Notes under the pieces: model-generated
The model's input: only the letters and a program-made list of their open reading frames with translations
The model's database searches: none
Told to the model about the DNA's origin: nothing
Made by a program: the position numbers and the translations under genes
DNA from: a virus
Lineage: Duplodnaviria; Caudoviricetes
Strand: one strand, 5' to 3'
Length of the DNA stretch: 64,000 bases
Virus record (IMG/VR): IMGVR_UViG_3300013121_000016
Span: 1-64,000 of that record
Shown: positions 49,699-59,613 of the stretch, piece after piece
Numbering within the stretch: position 1 is the stretch's first letter
How the letters are laid out: each line of letters starts with the position of its first letter

Positions 49699-51171
49699 AT
49701 GGCAACTCCTCAATCCTCCTTTATTATTAAACAGTTGGAAGGCTTTGGTGGCTCCTTTGTAGATTCCGATTACTTGGGCGCTTCCTACGAGATAGGTAAA
49801 CCTCACGTATTCGAAGGTACGCTCATGAAAGTGTACTCTTCACAGTCCATGTTCTTCGGTCTTAAGCCGCTGATCTCCATGACTGGCGCAAAAGGCGGTA
49901 CTGTTGAGATCCCTACCGAAATCTACCGTTGGTCACTGCAAGGCGCTGAAGAGCGCACTGCACGTAGCCTTGAAAACCTGGAATCGTCCAACGACACCCC
50001 GGGCTTGAATGGTACGACCTTCCGCATCAAACTTGACATCGACTACTACAAGTATCCGGATGTCCTCTTCTCGGAAGACAATGAACTTCCGCTTGCTATC
50101 CAAGAAGGCCCGATTCCTGACGGAACTGGCTTCATCTACATTGTTCGCATTCAATCGGACAATCCTACTCTCTACCTGCCTAACACGTACCTGGAACCAG
50201 GTCGCCAGTTCAACAAAGTTTGGACTTCGACTCCTTCAGAAAACAATCAATGGTACGGCACACAACAGGCTCCCAATACCTTCCAGCTCGAAGCTCAAGT
50301 TGGCTTCTTCTCTCAAGGTTTGGAAGTAACTGACAAGGCTATGCGTGAAGACGGTCGCCTGCTCATCAAATTCCTCCACACGGATGCATCTGGTAACTCC
50401 ACAGTTATCAACAAATTCATCCCTTACTACGAGGCTAAGATGCAAGACGAACTGTACCGCTCCATGGAGGTTAACCTCATGTACGGTAAGCGCTCAACCC
50501 TGCCGGGCAAAGAGAAGTACTGGACCAAAACTGGTGCTGGTTTGCGCGAGCAACTCCGCGATTCTTGGATCGAGACATACTCCTCAGCTCTGACAGCTAA
50601 CATGCTTCAGGACTACCTGATGAATATTTTCTTCGCTCGTGAAAATGAGCAGAACCGTTCGGTTCGGGCTATGACCGGTACCTTGGGCTCACTCTTGTTT
50701 CACAATGCGCTTGTCGCCATCTCCAACGGTTTCTTAACCGTTGACTCTCACTTCATCTCTTCGGCTCCCAATGGCTCGGCCGTTCCTGGCTTGGCGTATG
50801 GCGCTCAATTCACGCGCTACCGTGGACCAGAAGGTATCATTGTAGACTTGATGAAGAATGGTATGAATGACTCTACGCTGTACTGCAAACGTTTCCACCC
50901 GCAGTATCCTGATATGCCGATTGACTCAGCTCGTATGACGTTCCTTGATTTTGGAACTTCCGGCGGTCAAAACAACATCTCGATGCTCAAAGTGAAAAAC
51001 TCGTTTACTTACGGTGTTGTAGAAGGCATGGTTGGTCCTAACGGTCCTAAGACTTCGGGCACGACTTCTTCGCTCAAGCATTCCTACGATGTGGGTATGA
51101 GTGGCTCGGCTGGTATCTGGGTTAAAGATATCACGCGCTGCGGTGAACTCATCATGGACTTCGAAGGGTAA
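49699..51171 (+). CDS. Major capsid protein
   Basis: Position; YRWSL, TGAGLREQL, MTGTLG..LFH, HPQYPDMPIDS.RMTFLDF resemble crAss-like capsid motifs. Confidence 0.85.
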   Translation: MATPQSSFIIKQLEGFGGSFVDSDYLGASYEIGKPHVFEGTLMKVYSSQSMFFGLKPLISMTGAKGGTVEIPTEIYRWSLQGAEERTARSLENLESSNDTPGLNGTTFRIKLDIDYYKYPDVLFSEDNELPLAIQEGPIPDGTGFIYIVRIQSDNPTLYLPNTYLEPGRQFNKVWTSTPSENNQWYGTQQAPNTFQLEAQVGFFSQGLEVTDKAMREDGRLLIKFLHTDASGNSTVINKFIPYYEAKMQDELYRSMEVNLMYGKRSTLPGKEKYWTKTGAGLREQLRDSWIETYSSALTANMLQDYLMNIFFARENEQNRSVRAMTGTLGSLLFHNALVAISNGFLTVDSHFISSAPNGSAVPGLAYGAQFTRYRGPEGIIVDLMKNGMNDSTLYCKRFHPQYPDMPIDSARMTFLDFGTSGGQNNISMLKVKNSFTYGVVEGMVGPNGPKTSGTTSSLKHSYDVGMSGSAGIWVKDITRCGELIMDFEG

Positions 51172-51683
51172 TGATAGAAATAGTTTTAACTGGTGTACTC
51201 TCTTTTATTTTTGGTGGTAGTTTAATTGGCTATCTTAAGTTTTATCAAGACAAGAGAAAAGATCACCTTACATTCATAGAGTCTGATTGGCAAAGAACAA
51301 AACATGCTTATGAGACTTTACGTACCGAGGTAGACAAGTTAAAATTAGCTGTTATGCCTTCAGCTGTTCCTGAATGGAGAAAGGACATCAGAGGCACGTA
51401 TGTGTACGTTTCACCACAGTATGAGATGTATATTTTACTGCCTCTGTCCCTAACCGTTCTCGATATTCTCGGGAAAACAGATGACGACGTTTTTGCAGAT
51501 TATCCGGATTTTGCTGCCGTTCTAAAGGCAATTGACAATGAGGCTAGACTCTCTTACAAGAAATTCGCAGTCCGCCGTAACGTTCAATTTCCAGGACAAA
51601 TGGGCACTTCAATGGTAATTAAAGAAATTTCACAGACTGTTGACGGTACTACATATTTTATAGGCCGTTGTTATCCAGAATAA
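51171..51683 (+). CDS. TM plus coiled-coil plus PAS-domain protein
   Basis: WRKDIRGTYVYVSPQYE...DILGKTDDDVF is a PAS_4-like signature. Confidence 0.7.
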   Translation: MIEIVLTGVLSFIFGGSLIGYLKFYQDKRKDHLTFIESDWQRTKHAYETLRTEVDKLKLAVMPSAVPEWRKDIRGTYVYVSPQYEMYILLPLSLTVLDILGKTDDDVFADYPDFAAVLKAIDNEARLSYKKFAVRRNVQFPGQMGTSMVIKEISQTVDGTTYFIGRCYPE

Positions 51684-51686
51684 TTT

Positions 51687-51953
51687 ATGCGCAAAAAACT
51701 TAAACAGTCATCATCCTCTTCCAACTTCTGGGTTGGTCTAGCCACCCTAGGATCAGCCGCCGTCACAGCTGTTATAACTGTACTTACCTCTGATCCAGAA
51801 GCGATCAAAACAATGACATTGACTACATTCAGTACAACTATACTGATGCAAATGTCAAATATACTTTATCATTTAAATAAGAATACTGCGATACCCACAC
51901 AAGGATTGGCAGGTCCCCATACCCAGGGGGGTACAAATCTGGATACACAATGA
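51687..51953 (+). CDS. Holin-like 2-TM protein (TGA end; read-through adds WTTET, to 51968)
   Basis: Basic N-terminus, SSNFWVGL, two hydrophobic helices. Confidence 0.5.
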   Translation: MRKKLKQSSSSSNFWVGLATLGSAAVTAVITVLTSDPEAIKTMTLTTFSTTILMQMSNILYHLNKNTAIPTQGLAGPHTQGGTNLDTQ

Positions 51954-52942
51954 ACAACAGAAACTTAGTATTTATTTACACAATACCGCGTCCTTCGGCG
52001 CTCGGTCTATCTGAATGGACCTCAGACACCTCAGGTGTCAAACTTAAGAAAACTAAGGTTGGTAAGACTGCCGATTACATAAGAGCACTTTATTCGCCCA
52101 CTATTGGCGGTCTTGCTAATCACATATCTTACACACCGTGGATGGAAGCAGGTGAGCCTCAGCTCGATGCAGCCGGCAAGCCACAAATGCTCCAAACAAA
52201 GTACGAAGAGAAGTGGAACCTCCCTAAAGGCTTTTTACATAACCGTCCTTTTGGTTTCCATGTTCACTCAAATAAGGCCCCTGAAGAACTTTCTTTTTTC
52301 CAGTCTTATCGCTGGAAACTTGTTGATGGCTGCACAGTCTTAGACAAGTCAAAGATGGAAGATGAAATGGGATATTTCACGATGTTAGCTTCGTCTAAAG
52401 TAGCTAACTCAGAGCGTGAGTATCGCATGCATAAATGGCCCAAAGCTCAATGGTATATTGCGCTTGAGAATGAAAGCGAAGAAATTAAGTACGAAAAGTC
52501 ACTCGCCAAAACGCACGCGTACGCAGCCCTTCACTCAACAGAGTTAACGGACAACTACAAGCGCAAATTGGTCTCACTCCTAGGCTTAGTAGATTCTACC
52601 TCCTCTATCTCACAGCAACTTATCCACAATACGCTCACGGCATTCATCGAAAACTCTTCTGCTGGTCCTGGCTCAAACATAGAAAAGTTCCAGTATTACG
52701 TCAACTTACTTAAAACGCAAGATGGTCGTGAACGCTTCGAAGCTATGTGGACTCTTAAGCAAGCAATTGATTTGCGTATTATTGATGAGCGCCAAGATAC
52801 TTACACTTGGAAACGTCCTTCAGGAACACCGCTACCAATTGCTGATCGATATTCAGAAGCCGTAGATTTCTTTATCAATCCTAAAAAGTCGGTTGAACAA
52901 GAAGAGATCCAAAGCCAAATAGACGCTAAATTACCTCGTTAA
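51950..52942 (+). CDS. Putative virion/head-associated protein
   Basis: 330-aa ORF in the crAss-like post-capsid position. Confidence 0.6.
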   Translation: MNNRNLVFIYTIPRPSALGLSEWTSDTSGVKLKKTKVGKTADYIRALYSPTIGGLANHISYTPWMEAGEPQLDAAGKPQMLQTKYEEKWNLPKGFLHNRPFGFHVHSNKAPEELSFFQSYRWKLVDGCTVLDKSKMEDEMGYFTMLASSKVANSEREYRMHKWPKAQWYIALENESEEIKYEKSLAKTHAYAALHSTELTDNYKRKLVSLLGLVDSTSSISQQLIHNTLTAFIENSSAGPGSNIEKFQYYVNLLKTQDGRERFEAMWTLKQAIDLRIIDERQDTYTWKRPSGTPLPIADRYSEAVDFFINPKKSVEQEEIQSQIDAKLPR

Positions 52943-53679
52943 TGACTAACGCAGAACTTTATTACGCAATAGACATCAATCTAGATCGCATTGCGACACT
53001 TGCGAATCCCGATCTAAATGTGGCGGAAAAGGACTGATTATTAACCGAGGCACAGCTGATGCTAATTAAGCAGCGCTTTTCCGCTCTGTCCAATCCTAAA
53101 AGAGCTGGCTTTGAGCATACTGAAAAGCGTATACAGGACTTAAGCTCTTTAGTAATTAAATCGCCAATCCAACCTCCGATTATTCCGACTGTCCTTGACA
53201 CAGGTGTAGTCGAAGTTGACCTGGCCCAAACAATCTATCCTTACTTATTTATCATCTCGGCTTTTGCTACAGTTGAAATAAGTGAAGATTGTCTTAAAGA
53301 AATTCCACTTAAGTTCATACAGCACGACGATTACAGAGAAATCCTAAGGGATCCTTTCAACTCACCTTCACAAGAGTTTCTCCCTTATAATCTAGGATTA
53401 GCCTCGTCAAGACTAAATCCGTCAATGTTCGTCTATACAGGCAGCATCGACTCAACAGCAGTCAGTTCTGTGAGCGTAGAGTTCATAAGACGTCCACCAA
53501 GAGTATCATCCGGTACTTACACGTATTTGGATGGTATTACTTATCCGCAAACAGGTCTATCGGTACCAGAGCACTTACAACTTGAAGTTGTAGACTTAGC
53601 CTGTCAACTTGCGGCGCTTTCCACTCAGAATCCTGAGTACATACAGCTGCGCAATCAAAAAGTACTGATCAACGAATAA
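52942..53679 (+). CDS. Putative head-tail connector (ring) protein, 245 aa with 1 TGA=Trp
   Basis: EKD[W]LLTEAQ..LIKQR, GFEHTEKRIQDL; TAATG overlap restored by read-through of TGA 53035. Confidence 0.75.
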
Positions 53680-53708
53680 TTTCATATCTTAATTAATTTT
53701 TATACAAC

Positions 53709-55064
53709 ATGACTTCTAATAACAGACGTAGAATGGAGTCGTTCCTCGTGAACCTCGCCGGAGCTACTACAATCCCGGTTTCGACCACTACTCTTGTTAA
53801 CTCCTCCACCGGAGCTGTTAACCTGACGAACGGTCAACTCGGTATCGTTTCTGTTTCGCCCTTTGGCACGATTGGTCACAACGTATTCACTGATTCGACC
53901 CCAACTGTAGCAGAGAACCCGATCATCCAGATCGTTCAAGGTACTCCGTACTCCGCCTCCCCGGCAACGGCCTCAGTGAAATACCCTCTGTGGGCTCGTC
54001 CTTTTGAGGCGTCCTCCCCTATCGATGGCCGTAACAATTCCCTGATGGTTACTAAGCAAGACTTCCGCTATGGCTCACATTCGTTGTGGGTACTTGGCGA
54101 ACCGTCCGCTACTACAACTGGTCAGATCAACGTTCTTGATGAAACCGAATACGCTCTCCACATCGCCTTTGCAGGCCGTCGTGTAGAATATCAGTACTCG
54201 CTGGAACAAGCAGCTTCGCTGTCCGTCTCCGTAACTACTCCGAACTTCACTGATCTGTCGGCTACTTACACCGAGCCTGTAGACTGGATTGTACAAAAGC
54301 TTGGTTACGAGATCAATCGTAACTCACAGTACTTCCAACTCGGCGCCCGCTTCCAAGGTTCCGATCCTATTGTCGCCTTCGCAGTGTCTGATGATGCTGG
54401 CGGTGACCAGGAAATCGCAGCTCTGACTGTAGGTGCAGTTGTAGACGTATTCGTTTACAATGGTGTTACGCGCACCATCACGTTGACCAAAGAGATGGTT
54501 GACACTCTTCAAGAGGCCGCTACCGCTTCAGGCTTCACCTACATTACCGCTATCGACCTTTCGACTGCAGGCACTGCTGGTGCTACAGTGGCGAACTCAG
54601 GTCTCTTCATCATGGCTCTGGATTCTAACACTGCCCACATTGACTACATCCCTGAGATCAAAAATCGCATCCGTGTGGGTCTTAAGCGCGGTTTTGACTA
54701 CTCCACGGTAACTCTCGATGAGACTGTTGCTGCTGACGAAGGTCAAGGTTACGCTCGCCAATTGGAACTGCTGTACCAAAATACAGCCGGCCAGCGCAAG
54801 TACGCTCAAAAACACACACTTGATCCGGTAATCAAATTTGATTCGCCGATCGTAAGTGGACAAGAATATGTCGTGTATAACATTTTACACGGCCGTTCGG
54901 AGCAAATCGATCACGCAAACATCGTTTATTCTCCTTTCCGTGAGATAGTGTGTATTCCACGCTACTCCTCGGGCACAACAACCAACGCCGTCATCGCGAC
55001 TTTCGATACGGCAATCAACGCCTTCTTGGCCTCCGCAGGTTCTTCTGCAATCGTGTCGATCTAA
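53709..55064 (+). CDS. Abundant structural protein (auxiliary capsid/decoration-like)
   Basis: Capsid-like codon bias; followed by a strong terminator. Confidence 0.6.
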   Translation: MTSNNRRRMESFLVNLAGATTIPVSTTTLVNSSTGAVNLTNGQLGIVSVSPFGTIGHNVFTDSTPTVAENPIIQIVQGTPYSASPATASVKYPLWARPFEASSPIDGRNNSLMVTKQDFRYGSHSLWVLGEPSATTTGQINVLDETEYALHIAFAGRRVEYQYSLEQAASLSVSVTTPNFTDLSATYTEPVDWIVQKLGYEINRNSQYFQLGARFQGSDPIVAFAVSDDAGGDQEIAALTVGAVVDVFVYNGVTRTITLTKEMVDTLQEAATASGFTYITAIDLSTAGTAGATVANSGLFIMALDSNTAHIDYIPEIKNRIRVGLKRGFDYSTVTLDETVAADEGQGYARQLELLYQNTAGQRKYAQKHTLDPVIKFDSPIVSGQEYVVYNILHGRSEQIDHANIVYSPFREIVCIPRYSSGTTTNAVIATFDTAINAFLASAGSSAIVSI

Positions 55065-55086
55065 TTTTTCCATTCAAAGTTCTTCC

Positions 55087-55142
55087 AAAAGGGGTCTTAA
55101 GGGAGTCGTTTCTACGTCTCACTCTAGACCCTTTTATTTTTT
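55087..55142 (+). terminator. Intrinsic terminator
   Basis: AAAAGGGGTCT..AGACCCCTTTT followed by T-run. Confidence 0.7.
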
Positions 55143-55155
55143 AACAACTTAACAA

Positions 55156-55650
55156 ATGTTAACTACACAACAACTTTCTCGCATATTCCTTCCGCTTTCT
55201 TTCGGCAAGCGCTCGGGCAATTCTGCCTCCCTTTACGAGATCATCAATTCTTACCTTAAACTGTTCCCTACCAATAAGGTAGTTGTAAACTCTTCTGCTC
55301 CCGCTGCCACCATAACAATTGGTGATGCGGCTAATAATGGCGATACGGATGGAGCGGTTTCTATCGTCGGCAATAAGTACGCAGGTCAAATTACTGTTGA
55401 AACAGGTGATGCTACCGCGGCTGATGATGTGATCTGCACTGTCAATTTAAATGATAGTAAGTACGACGAAAGCGTGAACACGTTATTTGTCCAAATTACT
55501 CCGGTAAATGCAGACACCGCCCCCTACGCAGTATTTACGCATGTGGAAGATGCCCTCAATCCTGGAGGAGAGTTCACCCTTAACAACTCTGATACACCGT
55601 TGGTCGCCGCCACTACGTACGTTTGGAACTACACAGTCCACTACATATAA
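55156..55650 (+). CDS. Fibre/decoration protein
   Basis: Beta-rich Thr/Ala/Asp composition. Confidence 0.6.
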   Translation: MLTTQQLSRIFLPLSFGKRSGNSASLYEIINSYLKLFPTNKVVVNSSAPAATITIGDAANNGDTDGAVSIVGNKYAGQITVETGDATAADDVICTVNLNDSKYDESVNTLFVQITPVNADTAPYAVFTHVEDALNPGGEFTLNNSDTPLVAATTYVWNYTVHYI

Positions 55651-55653
55651 ACT

Positions 55654-57390
55654 ATGGCTAAATATTCACTAGACACGCTCACCTCTATTTTTCTTCCGAA
55701 AAATATACGTAAAAGACGGGATAACTATCCTGAGTCTAGAGTCACTCTAGTGCCACACGCCGATGCCATAAGTTTGTACCATGTAGTTAAAGACATAATC
55801 GAGTACTTAAATATTACTCCCGGCAGTGGTACTACAGATTTGACTGCGACTCACGCAGCGTCATCCGTAATCATTGAATCTTCGTCAGGTGATGACGCAA
55901 CAATTAATGCAGCTACGACAACACTTGCTGGCGTCATGACTGCATCAGATAAAACAAACTTAAATTCTTTAGTTACATTAAGTGGTGTCTCAGCAGCATC
56001 TACAGACCTAGGTACATTCACAGGTACGACAATCGCCGATTCTTCCACAATTAAACAAGCACTTCAAGCACTTGAAACGTCCTTGGAAGCCGGCGGTTCT
56101 TATACTGATGAAAATGCTCAGGACGCTATCGGAGGAATTCTCTTAGACTCAGCGACAATCGACTTTACATACGTAGACGGAACACCATCAATATCAGCAG
56201 CAGTTAAAGATGCTTCGATAACGTACTCGAAAATTGCTAACGTAAATGCTGAAAGGCTTTTGGGTAGATACTCCAATTCAATTGGAGTAGTACAAGAAGT
56301 CTCACTTGGTGCAGGGCTTGCATTCTCTGGATCAACACTCACACACTCTGACACATCTTCTGTAGCTAACTCCACTAATTCAGGAGCCACTGTCCTTCAA
56401 TCAATCTCTTTCGACACATTCGGACACGTTCAAACAGTAACAACGAAAACGATTACTGCAGCAGACATTGGAAGTATCGATGGTTCAGGTGGGGCAAATA
56501 GAGTCGCTTACTGGGTAGATGGAGATACGCTGACTTCTGATGCAGACTTTACGTTCAACGGAAGTGGTCTTGCAATCAACACAACCTTAGCAGCTTCGCA
56601 CACTCTCACGGTAGGGGGCGCAACAAAGACGGCAACACTTACCGTAGAAGGCGTTGGGGCACTTGGCGGCTCACTTGCGGCCGCAGAAATACGTCTGAAC
56701 AACACTACAGCCTTAACAGGCCAAACGTGGTATCTTAACTCGGCTAACGCAGGCAACCTCTACATCGCAACGAATTCATTAAATCCAGAATTAACTTTGG
56801 ATACGAATGGCGATGTGTTAGTTGAAAATAGATTGTCTTTGGGAGATTCTCTCACAGGGACGGCTACCCGTGTCATAGGCATAACTGCTGACGGTTATCT
56901 CAGAGAAATCACGATGGGATCTAACATGATCCTGTCTTCTAATCAGCTTTCTTCTTCGGGAGGCGGTGGAGGCGGAGGTGGCTACGATGAAATCCAGAAA
57001 GATACCACTCCTTTTACGCCTTACTCTATACTTAACTTTGTTGGTGTTGCATTCGATGTTTCAGATAATGCTATCAATTCTTCGACCGACGTCGAACTCC
57101 ATTCCAATCTCGAGACGATTGCCGATATCTCAGGCTTAAGTAGTGGAGACTTTATTTACTATAATTCATCGGCTTTCCAGAAACTAACTCCAGTAAAAGA
57201 TACACAAGACATTTCTTCGGGTACTACTGTAACGCTTCCTTCTTCTCCGGCAGCTAATACGATTGTAGATGTTTATCGCAACGGAATACTCCAAGAAGAG
57301 AATGAGGATTACACGATCGCGGGGACACTTCTAACTTTTACTAATCCGTTTGTGACTGGAGAAAAGGTAACCACAAAATACTTCACATAA
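55654..57390 (+). CDS. Fibre-like structural protein
   Basis: ATTTLAGVMTASDK fibre motif; C-terminal VYRNGILQ..DYT. Confidence 0.7.
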   Translation: MAKYSLDTLTSIFLPKNIRKRRDNYPESRVTLVPHADAISLYHVVKDIIEYLNITPGSGTTDLTATHAASSVIIESSSGDDATINAATTTLAGVMTASDKTNLNSLVTLSGVSAASTDLGTFTGTTIADSSTIKQALQALETSLEAGGSYTDENAQDAIGGILLDSATIDFTYVDGTPSISAAVKDASITYSKIANVNAERLLGRYSNSIGVVQEVSLGAGLAFSGSTLTHSDTSSVANSTNSGATVLQSISFDTFGHVQTVTTKTITAADIGSIDGSGGANRVAYWVDGDTLTSDADFTFNGSGLAINTTLAASHTLTVGGATKTATLTVEGVGALGGSLAAAEIRLNNTTALTGQTWYLNSANAGNLYIATNSLNPELTLDTNGDVLVENRLSLGDSLTGTATRVIGITADGYLREITMGSNMILSSNQLSSSGGGGGGGGYDEIQKDTTPFTPYSILNFVGVAFDVSDNAINSSTDVELHSNLETIADISGLSSGDFIYYNSSAFQKLTPVKDTQDISSGTTVTLPSSPAANTIVDVYRNGILQEENEDYTIAGTLLTFTNPFVTGEKVTTKYFT

Positions 57391-57392
57391 AA

Positions 57393-59612
57393 ATGGTAAC
57401 TAGAACTAGTATAGCCGATCAACTTTATCCTTCGACATCGGCAAGATCAATCATAATTACAGACGCCAGTAATAAACCGTCATATTTTGCGCCCACCACT
57501 GGCGCAGATCGGCTCTTAATGTGGGACGACTCGGCTTCTGCGTGGGCTTCAGCGACTCTTGGCGCTAACCTCTCATTTTCCGGCACTACATTGAATGCCG
57601 CAGCTTCTTCCGGCTATTCTACAATACAAGAAGAAGGAGTGTTAGTGTCTGCTGCTAATAGCATAATCAACTTTGTTGGTAGTGGTATTACTGCTGCGGA
57701 CGCTGGAGGTGGTGTGACTTCAATCACACTGGACGCCACTTTAAATGCACTTTCGGCACTCGATTCTTCTACCGGTTATCTAGTTATGACTGGTGGAGAC
57801 TCCTTTGCTAAACGTGAACTCACAGGTACAGCTAACAGAATTAGCATCACAAATGGCGATGGTACTGCTGGAGACCCCGTAATAAACATAGACCTTGCAT
57901 ATATAGGTCAAACAACAATTACGACACTTGGCACTATAACAACTGGTACATGGCAGGGAACTGCCGTAGACGAGCTTTTTGGCGGCACTGGAATAACAAC
58001 TTACGCACAAGGTGATACACTCTATGCATCAGCGGCAGATACTCTAGCAAAACTTACTATCGGCGCTAACGGCTCAGTTTTACAATCGAACGGAACTACG
58101 CCATCGTGGCAAGTGCTCGAGTCCGCTGACCTTTCTGATAACGCTAATATTGCGCACTTAAATGAAAATGAGATCATCAGTGGTAACTGGGAATTTGATA
58201 ACAATATTGTAGTTCCCACCGTTCCAACAGATGGCACACATGCTGCTTCTAAAGATTATGTAGATGCGCTTTCGTTTGGAACTGTTAAACACTACGCAGA
58301 TCTTTACGCAGATTCTAACCTCACTTTATCGGGCGAGCAGACCATCGACGGGACACTAACATCAACTTCTCGAGTACTTCTTAATGCACAATCAGCCCCA
58401 GAGGAAAATGGCGTCTATCTTACGGGCGCCGGTGCTTGGTCCAGGGTGACCGACTTAGATGATGAATCTGAAATCAACGCTGCCTTAGTTGTAATTAAGT
58501 TTGGCACGACTTACGCCTCTACTTTTTGGACAACAGTAGAAGACATCGTGACTATCGATACTGATCCGATCGATTTTATTCAAATCAATAATCCAGTCAC
58601 ATTAACAGCTGGCGATGGTTTAACCAAAATAGGCGACACTATAGATGTTGTTACGGCTTCTTCTTCTCGTATTGTAGTTAACGCTAATGACATCGACTTG
58701 GCTTCTGGAGTAGTGGGCGGTTCCGGACCTGGTTCTTACGGATCAGCTTCGACCATCCCCGCCATTACTGTCGATACTTACGGTAGAATTACGTCTACAG
58801 CTTCCAATGCTGTAGCAATTACTTCGTCTAATGTATCCGACTTTACGGAGGCTGTCCAGGACGTAGTTGGCAATCCTTCATTCCTAATAGATACCGGAGC
58901 AGTCGTCATTACTTATGATGACGGTCTAAACACCCTTACCATCCACGCTGACAATCTTTATACGGACGATGGCACGATTCCTAATTCTACAACACGTACT
59001 GTTAGCCTGGGAGACGCTACCTCAACATTGTTATTTCAGAATGCAGCGACTGGAATGCTTCTGCAGATTGAGGATGATTCAGTATCCTTAATGGACGGCA
59101 TTGCGGGCTTTACGTCCACAGACATATTCTTTACCACGCCTTCATCTCTTCTAACCATGGATAATTCGGAGTTCCGACTGAGATTAGATGGTGGATTAGG
59201 AATTATTCAAGATGCTCGTGTAACTACATTAGGACTTCAATATGCAGCTGACTACTCAGCTGATTGGAACGACCGGTCTATTGTAGACAAGGAATATGTA
59301 GATAACGCAATTGCTGGTGTAACGGTAACACCAACCTACACTTGGGGATACATCGAATCATCGACTGCAACTACAATCGATCTCGATGCTAACGTGGGTG
59401 AGGTTAAAGACCGCAACGGGAATAATATAGCTTTCACTATTCCTTCAGATCCAGACTTATTGGAAGTCTATCGCAATGGTATGCTACTCAGTAGAACTGG
59501 TACTTCAACAACCAGAGACTACTCACTGAATACAGTTACAAACGAGATTACTTTTGTAGTGGCACTCACCTCTACAGATTCAATCCTTTTGAAGAAAATA
59601 AATCTCACATAG
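57393..59612 (+). CDS. Fibre-like structural protein
   Basis: LGTITTGTWQGT, ASKDYVD, LSGEQTIDG..RVLL..Q...ENGVY, ITVDTYGRITS fibre motifs. Confidence 0.75.
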   Translation: MVTRTSIADQLYPSTSARSIIITDASNKPSYFAPTTGADRLLMWDDSASAWASATLGANLSFSGTTLNAAASSGYSTIQEEGVLVSAANSIINFVGSGITAADAGGGVTSITLDATLNALSALDSSTGYLVMTGGDSFAKRELTGTANRISITNGDGTAGDPVINIDLAYIGQTTITTLGTITTGTWQGTAVDELFGGTGITTYAQGDTLYASAADTLAKLTIGANGSVLQSNGTTPSWQVLESADLSDNANIAHLNENEIISGNWEFDNNIVVPTVPTDGTHAASKDYVDALSFGTVKHYADLYADSNLTLSGEQTIDGTLTSTSRVLLNAQSAPEENGVYLTGAGAWSRVTDLDDESEINAALVVIKFGTTYASTFWTTVEDIVTIDTDPIDFIQINNPVTLTAGDGLTKIGDTIDVVTASSSRIVVNANDIDLASGVVGGSGPGSYGSASTIPAITVDTYGRITSTASNAVAITSSNVSDFTEAVQDVVGNPSFLIDTGAVVITYDDGLNTLTIHADNLYTDDGTIPNSTTRTVSLGDATSTLLFQNAATGMLLQIEDDSVSLMDGIAGFTSTDIFFTTPSSLLTMDNSEFRLRLDGGLGIIQDARVTTLGLQYAADYSADWNDRSIVDKEYVDNAIAGVTVTPTYTWGYIESSTATTIDLDANVGEVKDRNGNNIAFTIPSDPDLLEVYRNGMLLSRTGTSTTRDYSLNTVTNEITFVVALTSTDSILLKKINLT

Positions 59613-59613
59613 G

